A stretch of DNA of 63,018 nucleotides, the filler included, from Octopus bimaculoides (taxonomy: Eukaryota), in NCBI RefSeq assembly GCF_001194135.2. It is 5 parts of 5 records of this genome, joined end to end, with 100 filler letters (N's around TTAATTAATTAA, not from the genome) between each part and the next. Parts side by side here need not be neighbours in the genome. Positions count along the whole stretch, not along the records: positions 1 to 31,199 come from NC_068985.1; 4 more parts are not named here. One strand, written 5' to 3'. The position numbers and the translations under genes were made by a program. Positions 12,101 to 24,106 of this stretch are shown one piece after another (position 1 is the first letter of the stretch; each line of letters starts with the position of its first letter). The notes below the pieces were generated by a model, which had not been told where the DNA came from, did not search any database, and saw only the letters and a list, made by a program, of their open reading frames with translations.

Positions 12101-15100
12101 TGTATGAAGCAAAACAGCTTGATTAAAATTCCCTGGTACTCCAACCTTCAAAGCACGATGGTAATCCTCAACCATTTGAAAACCATTTTCCTTAAGTTTT
12201 CCTTGCTTTATACATTTTTTTTTAATGTTTTACTATTTCATCCATTACGATTATCTTATATTTTTCTTACACATTTATCCATTAGGATTGTAAACATATT
12301 TCTCTCATGAAGTTGAAGTTGAAATGGAATCATCTGTATGTTCAGTCATGCCAGAAAAAAAACCTTCCCTCTAAAGATACCTGTATCAACCTGGTGAACA
12401 ACCTTAAGATTCTTTGTATGTATATTTTATGAATATTTCGTTTTTGGATTTGGTTTGCAAGATTCTTTATGTGAGTTCGTGTGTTGAAGCATATTCTGTT
12501 GTGTCTGTGGAGAGTCATTCTCTTTTGGTGCCTTATAATTTAACACACTCACCGGTAAAATTTCCACTTATTTCCTTTTTGTTTTTCTAAAATTTTCGTT
12601 GTGTCGTGCAACCTTTTCATTAGTTTTGACTCTCAAAACTATTGAAAAACAAAATTTTAGAAAAACAAAAAGGAAATAAGTGGAAATTTTACCGGTGAGT
12701 GTGTTAAATTATAAGGCACCAAAAGAGAATGACTCTCCCCAGACACAACAGATTACGAATATTTGTTACACTGAAATAGATAGTATTTTTCAACTAATAA
12801 AACTAAGTGTATTTTGCTATACATTTTATGAATTATATGCTACTTGGTACTCCATTGCCATATGCCTGAAAAGAGGACGAGTTTATTCACATTTTTGAAA
12901 TGAGGAAACAGTTGTAGGGAGAGAGTAGAGCTTAAAAAAAAAAGACATAAAACACTAAGTTTTTTTGTGTTTATTCAAATGACAAAGGATTAAAATAAAT
13001 AGGAAAAAAGATTATCTAATAACCCATTATTTTGTTTCTATACATTATTTCTTGTGAAAATGAGAATTAGATGATTTTATGTTAATCAACAGGTTGAAAA
13101 TTGGATGATTTTATGTTTGTCAACAGGTGAACATGATCTAAGCCTATTGCCACTTGAGGAGCAAAGTCTGAAATGGAAACACAATGTACTTTATGGAGAA
13201 CATTTGTCACTACTAGCTTCAGTACTGAAGAATGAAGGTGATGAGTTTCAGTTTGAAAATCTGCCAATTGATATCCAACAGAAAATAATTCATTATGCTG
13301 GCTATGAAAGCAGAACACTGTCAACACAGGCAAAGATAAAATTTTATATTATTGTTGTTGTTGTTGTTGTTGGCATCATTTAGGGAGGTAGGTGACAGAA
13401 CCATTAGGAAATAAATTGCTTTGCTGTATTTACTTACATTTCTTAATATTCAGAGTGTTAAAATGCTGCTGAGGCCAACTTTGTTGCTTATCCTTCCTGG
13501 AGTCAATAACATTAGTAGCAATCACGTATTAGACTTGATTTACTTGACAATTCTTTCATAATAAATTCTAGCTTTGAACCAATGTTCACTCTATCTTATA
13601 AACATCAAGACCATCCAACCCAGTTGCATCACTCATACCAGTTAGAGTTGGTCTACAAAGAAAATGAGTGCTGCCCCTCCCCACATCTTCTAACTAACTC
13701 ACAGAAAAAGAATTTAGCCTGCAACACTGAGTTTAAGTCTTCCAATCTGCTTGATGTGAGGAAAGAAACAGCTGCTCCTGTACTTAACCTGAAATCAGAG
13801 TGCTGCCAGATCAACTCATTCAGCCTTTCTCTGGATCTAGGCTCTAGTTTCCAATTCTGGCTGTGCTTAATTACTGGTGTTCAACCATGTTTAACTCATC
13901 AAACACACATATGCATGACAAGTAGGATATCAACTCCGGATTTTAGAAAGTTTACTGACATTATTTAGTATACAACTAAAAAAAAAAAAAAATTAAAAGA
14001 AAATTAATTTTTAAACAATTTATTTCCTCTAATCAACTCCAGGAATTATCTCAGAAATTAATTATTTCTGGCTGTGAATATCTTGAGAAAAATGTTATCA
14101 GTAATGATTCTGAAGAAAAGTCGGTTTCTGTAAGAGAAAGTATTGGAGAAACGCACCTAGCAATTGCTAAGTACTGCAATCAGTTCTTGCAAGGTATGTA
14201 TGCATATGTCAACTATTTCTGATTACCTGTAAAGGCACATGGCCTAGTGATTAGGATGTTGCATTCTTCATCATATGATCATGGTTTCAATTCCCAGAGC
14301 AGGTGATGCTTTGTGTTCTTGAGCAAAACACTTCATTCCACATTGCTCCAGTCCTCTCAGCCATAGCTGGGAATTTAACCCAGTGATAGACAAGTCTCTC
14401 ATTCATCAGGAGGTGTTCTTATCTTTATCACTTATATGCCATGGAAACTGGATTAAATTCTGGCTTTATGAGTCCTGGAGCTCATAACAGATCTAAGACT
14501 AAGTTTTAAGTGTTTTTGGTAACAGAGTTCATCTGCCTTTTAACAGGTCTTGTATTTAATCCTGCAGGGTAACAAAATAGCAAGAAAACACCCCCATCAC
14601 AAAGAAAATTCTGTGGGGTTGCTAGTTTAGTCGCCGACAGCCTGACACAAGTCCTAAGTGTAGTTAGGACTATAATGTCTTATATGCCAGGTTACTTATT
14701 TCATTTCAGAATATTTCTTTATGAACATATCATATCTTGTCTATGTTACTATTTATCTATTTATCTGCTTGTATAATTATGGCATAATTCCATCATTAGG
14801 AAATATTCTTTCAAATGTTAATAAATTTTGCAAAGAATAAAATAGTGCTTTCGCTCAAATCTATTTTTTAAGCCTTTAGCATTCAAATTATTCAGTCAAA
14901 TGTAATGCTTATTTATTCATTTATTCACATTCTTTTGAATTCATCATGCATTATCTCGCAGCTTAGAGATTTTACTATGTGATTGTTTATTTTGAGAATG
15001 ACGTTGTTAAGTAGATGTGAAAGGCTGGATCTGACCAGTCTTAACATAAGACAAATAGAATATCAGGCCCAGATGTGGCCAGTTTAAATGTTAAAGGTCT

Positions 15101-15487
15101 AAGGCATTGTTTCAGGTTTCAAATTTACCTGCTATTCACCTGATATTGTAGGAAACTAGCTCAAATTCTTGCTTGTTTGTAACATTTAAACTGGCTTTCT
15201 TTCCCTCAGGTTCTAATACTTTAAAATACTACAACATTAATGTTGAACTACATATATAAATATAATCAGTCATCTTTCATTAGGATGTTTTATCACTTTC
15301 TATTTTTTTTATCTTTTACTTGTTTAAGTCATTGGACTGCAACCACGCTGAGGCACTCCCTTGAATGGTTTTTAGTCAAAAGAAGCGATCCCAATACTTT
15401 TTTTTAAGCTTGGTATTTTTTTTTTTTATCGATCTTTTATGTTGAACAAACCAATACCAACTGTCAAGTAGTGGTGGGGGCTGATGA

Positions 15488-15521
<34 letters not shown>

Positions 15522-18500
15522 CATACATGTGTGTATGTGTGTGTAAATTTCAAATTTACAGAAAACAAAGGACAAAGACAGGTGAGGGAACTACAAGCTG
15601 GTGTATTAGTTTGATGCTCAGGAAGAATGGAAAAGTCTTTGACATTTTGAGCCTATACTCTTTGACAGAAATTGATGAGGTAAAAAATGGAGAGAGAATG
15701 AAAAAAACGGAGAGAGAAAAAAATGTATAGGGATTAATGATTTAACATGATGAAATGATATACACACACATATACATACCACCCAGCACACTCCGTTAAG
15801 TTGCTGACGCTAGGAAGGACATCCAGCTATAGAAGCCATGCCACAACAGACAGTTGGAGTCTGGACAGCACCCTGCTAGCCAGCTTCATGTCAAACTGCC
15901 CAACCCATGCCAGCATGGAAAGCAGACATTAAACTATGCTAATGATATAGAGAACTGGTGCATGTATTTATCATTTGCATAATGACCCTCCTAAGTTACA
16001 ACAAAATTTTACATTAATTTTCTTAAATATTATTCATTTAGCGTTTGGAGAGATTGTTATAATCATAAGCAAAATGCTGAAATTTATTTCATTCATTTAA
16101 ATCATAATTTTATTAACAACATGGGAAAAATTTAATCACTTAAAATCACTTAAAATGGCTGTCAACAAACAGCTAAGATACTTTATTCTTAAATTTTCAG
16201 ATTCACCATCTCTTGGAAATAATCTCATGTCATCTTTACTCAAAGCAATTCGATATGGCATAAAAGAAGCTCAGCAACGTTTCTGTCATCTACTACAGTT
16301 GCTTGAGACTCATACTGAGAGTATAGATATTTTCATCAATGAGGTATGTAGCTGATATATTTTAAATAACACTGTGTAACAAAACTAAAAAAGAATTTTA
16401 TATCTTTGGTTAGTACATGTTATTTCCTATTTGCTTCTATCTGGAAATCAAAGGAAATGACTATTATTCCCTTCAAACTTTGCTTTTGTAATCTGAACAT
16501 CAATGTTTTGAAACTGACTCATTTTTTATCACATTTCAGACAGATTCAGCACTGAGTTGCTGAAGCAGAAATATCATTATTGATAATATTCTGCTCAATA
16601 CCACAGATTTACTTGTCAGTTGCTTGACCCTAACCACTTGAGGATGTCCCTTAGTGGCTGACAATATCTATTCTCTGACCATGAACAGGATTAGTGAGGA
16701 ACCATCATAGCCATGTGCTGAGAGAGATTCTTTAAGGTTTGAATAAATGTAACAAAAGCAAAGTTTGAAGGAAATGTTAGCCATTTTTAATACTTCCTAG
16801 AGTAACCGAATAGGAAATAACAGTTGCTACCCATGGACAAAAATTGTGTTACACAATGTAATGAATTGTGTAGTAGTAGTAGTAGTAGTAGTATTTTGTA
16901 CTTCTTTACATTCTGAGTTCAAATTCTGCTGAGGTTAACTTTGCTTTTCATCTTTCCAAAGTTGATAAAATAAGTACCAGTTGAACACTGGGGTCAATGT
17001 AATTGACTAACCCCTACCCCCAAAATTTCACACTTTGTGCCTAAAGTAGAAAGATTTATTATTTAAATGGTTGCAAGCTGGCAGAGTCATTAGCACACCA
17101 GAGAAAATGCTTAGCAGTATTTCATCCCTCTTTATCTTCTGAGTTCAAATTCTGCCAAGGTTGACTTTCTTTTTCATCTTTCCAGGGTCAATAAAATAAG
17201 TACCGTTTGAGTACTGAGGTCAGTGTAATTGATTAGCCCCTCCCTCAAAACTTCAGGCCTTGTACCTAAAGTAGAAAAGTTTATTATTATTTCTATTTAA
17301 AATAGGGAGAGTGTTAACATGCTGAGAAATTTGATTAACATACAAATGCTCATCACAACTGATTATCATGTCTTCAGTTATTTTTATAACTTTACTCACA
17401 TTTTTTTTTTGTTTTTGATTTTGTCTTTTTTACAGAGCAAGAAAATACCATGTTGGATGTTCTTAAATTGGATTAACCAAATGATATCACTACTTGATAA
17501 ACCAAAAGCATATGCCATCCACGATATTGTCTATAACATCGCCTGCCAGTATCCCCAAGTTGGTATTTTTTTCTTCAAAATGAATTCCTATTTTGTATAT
17601 TTTCGACCAACCACATGGTTCTGGGTTCATTCCAACTGCATGGCACCTTGGGCAAGTGTCTTCTACTATAGCCTCGAACAGTTGTGTGTAGATTGACTTC
17701 GACTAAGGCTCTTAGTTGATCATTGTCAACATCTGATGGCCGACCACTACACTTATCATCTTCAAAACTCTCGTCACTGCTATGAAATTTCTTGAACCAC
17801 CATTGTGCTATACGTTCATTAGTGGTTCCTGAGCCAAACACATCGTTGATATCGCGAGCTGTTTCAGCAGCTTTTCAGCCTAGCTTGAATTGGAATAAGA
17901 AAATTGTGCAAATTTGCTTTTTGTCCATGTTGTATTCAACGTTCCGGAAAAAATGGCCTAATTATTTTAAAATAAAATGAGTAACACGATTAGATAGAGT
18001 GAAAAACGGGCTTTAAAATGATATATAAAATCAAAGTAATTTAACAAAAATTAATTTGAAAATACATCATTTAAAACCCAAATTAAAAATTCCGCAAGAG
18101 CTTTCTTGACAACCTAATACTTCATTCCTAAGCTTAAACAATTAAAACTAATAGAGAATACAGTTTTTCAACAAGATGGTGCACCTTGTCACTTTGCTCT
18201 GCAAGTTCGGCAGTTTCTAAATGAGAAATTCCCTAACAGATGGATTGGAAGAGGTTGACCATTATTTTGGCCAGCATGTCCATTGGATTTCTTTTTATGG
18301 GGTCTTGTGAAAAAGTATTGTTTATTCAACTAAGCCTTAATCTTTAGATACTTGAAAGCAAGGATAACTTATGTGATTGAAGGTGTTACTGAAAATCAGC
18401 TGGATAATGTTTTCCAAGAACTACAGAATCATATTTCTTTTGTATCAGTAATAATGGTGGGCCTGTTTAAAATTAAAAATGAATAAAAAATTTAGATCAT

Positions 18501-18692
18501 TCTTCTTTCTTATCCTTTTTACAGATTAATTCTATTGTATATAGTTATGATGATACAAGTATTTTAAATTGCACCATGACTTATGGATACCCTGTATATG
18601 AAACAGAAAACACTGTTACCTATAAATAAATTCAGTATATAAAGACATAAATACTGTCTTGGAACTGAATTCACAGTCTTCTGATTGTTGTT

Positions 18693-18734
<42 letters not shown>

Positions 18735-18788
18735 NNNNNNNNNNNNNNNNNNNNNNNNNNNNNNNNNNNNNNNNNNNNNNNNNNNNNN

Positions 18789-18859
<71 letters not shown>

Positions 18860-19351
18860 ATAGCAATATGTAATGTTACATTTTTATTTTTCAGGCTATT
18901 GTATATTCATTCAAAATCAGTAATGAAGGCTTCAGGTTTGAAGGAAATGACAGTGGAACACAGAACAGAAAATTTGTCGAAAAGTGAGTTCATTTCTCAT
19001 CCCAATCAAATCATGGTTGGGAATCAAACTTCTTAACCACACATCCATACCTGCACCTAAATCTCTTCATAAATAGTTGCACACAATCAAATAACCTCAT
19101 CATCTGCAGGACTGCTTAATAATGATTTTGAACAGATATCTTTTTTCCCTTTTTTTACTTGTTTCAATCATTAGACTGTGGCCTTGCTAGAGCACCAGCT
19201 TGAAGAATTTTAACTGAGTGAATTGCCCCCATCCCCACCAGCACTTTTTTTTTTAAAGCCTGGTACTTATTCTATTTGTCTCTTTTGCTGAACTACTAGG
19301 TTATGGGGATGTAAACACACCAGCACTGGTTGTCAAGTGGTCGGGGAGAAA

Positions 19352-19389
<38 letters not shown>

Positions 19390-22300
19390 TACATACACAA
19401 CAAGCTTCTTTCAATTTCTGTCTACTAAATTCACTCACAAGGCTTTGGTTGGCCTGAATCTGGAACCATGTGGCTGGGACGCAAACTTCTTAGCACACAG
19501 CTACACCTGTGCCTATTTGAAAATTATAGTTGGCTGTATCATTAAGGTACAAGACTCAGGCAGTTTTGATCATTTAGTAACTTTTCATCAGGTGTGTATG
19601 TATGCGTATGTGGGGGAGAGGTGCATATACCAATGTGTACGGTGTCAGTTTGTTGAATGAGAAGGAAAGTGAGTACAACATTGTGGGTGTATCTTTAACA
19701 AGTAATTTCAATTTACCATGTTCTCTTTTTCTCTTTTTTCTGGTATTTGTCAGGTTATCATGTCGTTTGAACTCAAAAACGCTGCCGCAAGTATTTACTT
19801 TCATCAGCTCCTTGGAAAGTTTTGCAAATCCATTTAACGTCTTCAAGGTAAAATTTACATGCAGTATTTCAAACTTGTTTGCTTTAACTTACAAAACTGG
19901 ATTTGGAAAATGTTGATAGGATTTACAATAAATTATCTGTCAATCAGTTGAACTTTTCCTAAATCACAGTGGTCTGTAGTGCCAAACTAATGTTATTGAA
20001 CCATCTGCTTTAGCTGTAATAGGCTTTGCCAGTGAGTCCAGCTTTCACTAGTACCTTGTAACTTGCTGTAGGTTAGTCACATTTTCATTTCAAATGGAAG
20101 GCCTTTTTACAAGATCCATTTCCAGTTTTACATTTAACCCTCTCTTTGTATGTGTGTATTGTTAAATGTCTGTATTTTCAGTTTGGCTATTTGTAACTGT
20201 TGACCATAATATAGAAAGAAACCTCTTTTGCTTGAAGTTGCTAATTGAATGGAATCTAATGATTCTTGTATTTTTAGAATTGAAATAACACTACTTTCAT
20301 GTATAGACACAAGATCTCATATTTATCTAACAAAGAGAATAGGTTAATGGGGTAATTATGGAACTGAAGCCAAAGTCATTGCCTTGGTTCTCTACAAGCT
20401 CACAGCACCTTCTTAGTATACAGACAAAGAATTTATCATTATAAGACAAGAGAAAAATATGATGATGTAATGTTCATGCTTTTATTCCCAAGAGCTTAAA
20501 AATAGAAATTAGACTGGATGTCCAAATCAGGTGCAGTGACTCAGTTGAGCAATAACTAACTTGTTACTCTATGGTACTTAGCTTGAGAATAAATATTAAA
20601 TTGAGAAATAGAAGCGAAATCGAAATCGTGATGGCACCTGTGACCAGCATCGCCTTTCTGATACTTGTGCCCGCAGCATGTGTAAGGACCTTCAAGTGAG
20701 ATTGTTGCCTGTGCAGGTGGCACATAAAATACACCATTTTGAGCGTGGCCGTTGCCAGTACCGCCTGACTGGCCTTCGTAGGATTTTCAAGCGAGATCGT
20801 TGCCAGTGCCCCTGGACTGGGTCTTGTGCGGGTGGCACATAAAATACACCAGTTTGAGCGTGGCCGTTGCCAGTACCGCCTGACTGGNNNNNNNNNNNNN
20901 NNNNNNNNNNNNNNNNNNNNNNNNNNNNNNNNNNNNNNNNNNNNNNNNNNNNNNNNNNNNNNGCCTGTGCAGGTGGCACATAAAATACACCATTTTGAGC
21001 GTGGCCGTTGCCAGTACCGCCTGACTGGCCTTTGTGCGGGTGACACGTAAAAGCACCCACTACACTCTCTGAGTGTTTAGCATTAGGAAGGGCATCCAGC
21101 TGTAGAAACTCTGCCAGATCAGATTGAAGCCTGGTGTAGCCATCTGGTTTCACCAGTCCTCAGTCAAATCGTCCAACCCATGCTAGCATGGAAAGCGGAC
21201 GTTAAACGATGATGATGATCATCATCATCATCATCAGAGTATGGAACACAAAATTTATTATCTCTATAATTCTACTAATGTGTTGCAAATTTTCAATGTC
21301 GATTGCCATTTAAGGCTTACATAGTATGACTTGTTTTAATAGCTACATTCTGCTGTGGAGCTACTTTGATCAATGTTGTAGAATATTTAGAATATTCAAA
21401 AGCATTATTGAAAATATCATATGGTTTGGTGTTCAGCATGTGACCAGCCATGCTCACTGTGCATTGAGCAACAATAGTAGAGATGGTTTGAATATGGGTG
21501 TGAATCTCCTTGTGTTATATTTTGGAGACTTCTATGCCCTAATATAGGACAAAGACCATTCATTTATGTTGTTATTGGCATGAAGTTAGGGACTTACCAA
21601 AGCTAATGGAAGGCAGATATTCCTACTGTGGTATGGAATGGTGAAATGCATCTCAGTTGCAACTACAAGAAGATTGTTGTTATTGTTGTTATAATATATG
21701 CCTCCTGCATTTTGATATTGCTTTAGCCATTTATCCATTTTGGTATTAACAGCCTTCTCAGATAAATTCTACAGTGTCTCATTTTCTTGCAGATTTAGTG
21801 CAAATTTTATCAAATTGTTATTTTTTTGTCTTTAATTTTTATTTAAGAGTATTCAAATGAAAATAAGATTTAATATTTCCAGGATTGGTCTAAAAATGCC
21901 CAACACTTGCATACAAAGACTAACCCAGAAAAGCAGAAAGTCATAGAACTTTATAAGGACATGTACTCAGCTCTTTTTGAAAATTCTTGTGAAGAAAATG
22001 TTAGCTCTTATTATCAGAAATTTACTAAGGTAATTATAAATCAATTTTACTTTAAATATCTAGTTTACAAATATTCAAAGAAAATTTTGTTTCGTTGAAG
22101 CATTTTGTAGTTGTCTCTTGTTAGTACTTTATTTCATCACAAAACATTTTTGTCATTTTCCTTTCGGGTTCTTCGGATTAATGAGTTTTCTTTCTTTTAC
22201 TGTTTCTTCAAGTTGAAGTAATAAAAATATTACTCATATGACTGTAATATTACTAAAATATTACTAATATTTTTAGTAATAAAATCTTTTGAACTTGTCT

Positions 22301-23334
22301 TTAAATAAAACAATCACTTTTTTATATATAACAATGAAACATAGAGAAAAATATTTACTGCAAGAAATTAGTAGACCCCCCCCCCCAAAAAAAAAAGACT
22401 CTATACTAACAGACTGTTTCAATTTTTGAAAGATGAAAATGTAATTAAAAATGCAGGCAAAATAATATTTATGCACCTATTTTTATGTGCATGATCATCA
22501 TTTGATTTGAAAACATTGTGAGAAAATGAAAGAGTACTGACATTTAGTTTACTTCTTCCTGTTATCCTTTTCTTTATTTTCCTACACTGTTTTTGTAACT
22601 CATTTTCTCACACTTTCTCATTCTTTGTCACCTAACCTTGCTCTCTTAGGTGGGGGGAAAATAAAGAAAGAAAAAGTGTTTAATGAATAGCTTGAGATGT
22701 GTATAGTAAATATTTGGTACATGAAAAAACTTCATTTGCAATGATATCCTTTTCTGTTTTCATGCCTGACTATGAAAATATCCAAATCGTCATAATTACG
22801 TCAAATTTGACAACATCTCCATAGAGTGACTTATTCATTACACATATGAATATGTTTTAGTATTTGACATATCTCACCAAGCTTGTGTGTTTGTGACAAC
22901 TATTCATAAGACCTTAGTAATATATAAAAGTATCCATCTAAAACATCATTTTGGAAATATTCTCTTGCTTGTTTACTATTTAAATATTATTTAAATATTT
23001 TTCAGAATTTCCACTCTTTATTTGTTAGTTCATTTGGAAAAGATGGTTCCAAGATAAACAAGATGAGCAAACAGGTAAACCAGCTGAATCAAAATTAGAA
23101 GTATTTCAATGTAAAAGTTGAGAATAATGCTGCTTTTATTACAGAAGATATCTCTCAGTTAAAGAAGTGCAGGTGTAGCTATGTGGTAAGACAGTTGCTT
23201 CCCAACCACATGGTTCTGGGTTCAGTCCTACTATGTGGTACCTTGGTAAAGTGTCTTCTATTATAGCTTTGGAACAACCAAATCTATAGTAAGTGGAGTG
23301 GATTTGGTTGAGAGAAACTGAAAAAAGCCTGTCA

Positions 23335-23377
<43 letters not shown>

Positions 23378-24075
23378 ATAAGCAAGTTAGAAAGATCAAT
23401 TTATAAAGTATGTTAAATACATGAAATACAAAAACGTATATATGTTTACACATAAAAAGGTCCAACTTACACAGAATACAAACGATATAAAGAATTAAAG
23501 GAATTGAAGAAAACTATTACAAATCCAACAGCTGTTCTCGGGGGCTCAGTGGCCCAGAATAATGTTTGTAGATTGATTCCATCATAGACTGAGATGAGCT
23601 CCCATCTTCAGGGAAGAGATCTTATATTGAGGTGTTAATATATTGATCTGTCTAACTTGCTAATCCTTAGATTAATGTCTCTACCCACTCAAGTTTAAAT
23701 CTCTTGAGCACTACAAAGTGTATTCTATACAGAGAATATCTGATTCTCATCTATGAACTATATATATATATATACTGAACCCAACTACTTGCAGACGGTG
23801 TATCCCGTTGAATTCATTAATTTAATTCATTTTGCTATGAATTAAATTAATGAATTCAACGGGATACACCGTCTGCAAGTAGTTGGGTTCAGCATATTAT
23901 CCTCCATTTTCTAATTGTTACACAAATTTTGGGTAAAACCTCCACTTTTACCCGCTCCCATTGATTGCACCTAGTATAGCACTAGCGTAGCAATAATTGG
24001 GTACCCTCCCAGCAGTATACTGGATAGATACTATCCCTTAGTGGGTTGTACCCCCAACCCCTAACTCTCTCACGT

Positions 24076-24106
<31 letters not shown>

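Noticed and set aside
12575-12641. Hammerhead-like CUAAUGA...GAAA in the spacer of the 12.5-kb inverted repeat (minus strand)
   Set aside because: Core is mutated and no stem I pairing can be formed.
13093-13126. Longer exon start VENWMILCLST suggested by ORF 13105-13383
   Set aside because: It needs a phase-0 upstream exon, but exon 12286-12415 ends in phase 1, and the extra sequence is a duplicated acceptor.
20690-21060. CRISPR-like repeat/spacer appearance
   Set aside because: Eukaryotic context, the intervening segments are themselves repeated, no cas genes; it is an RTE 3' UTR.
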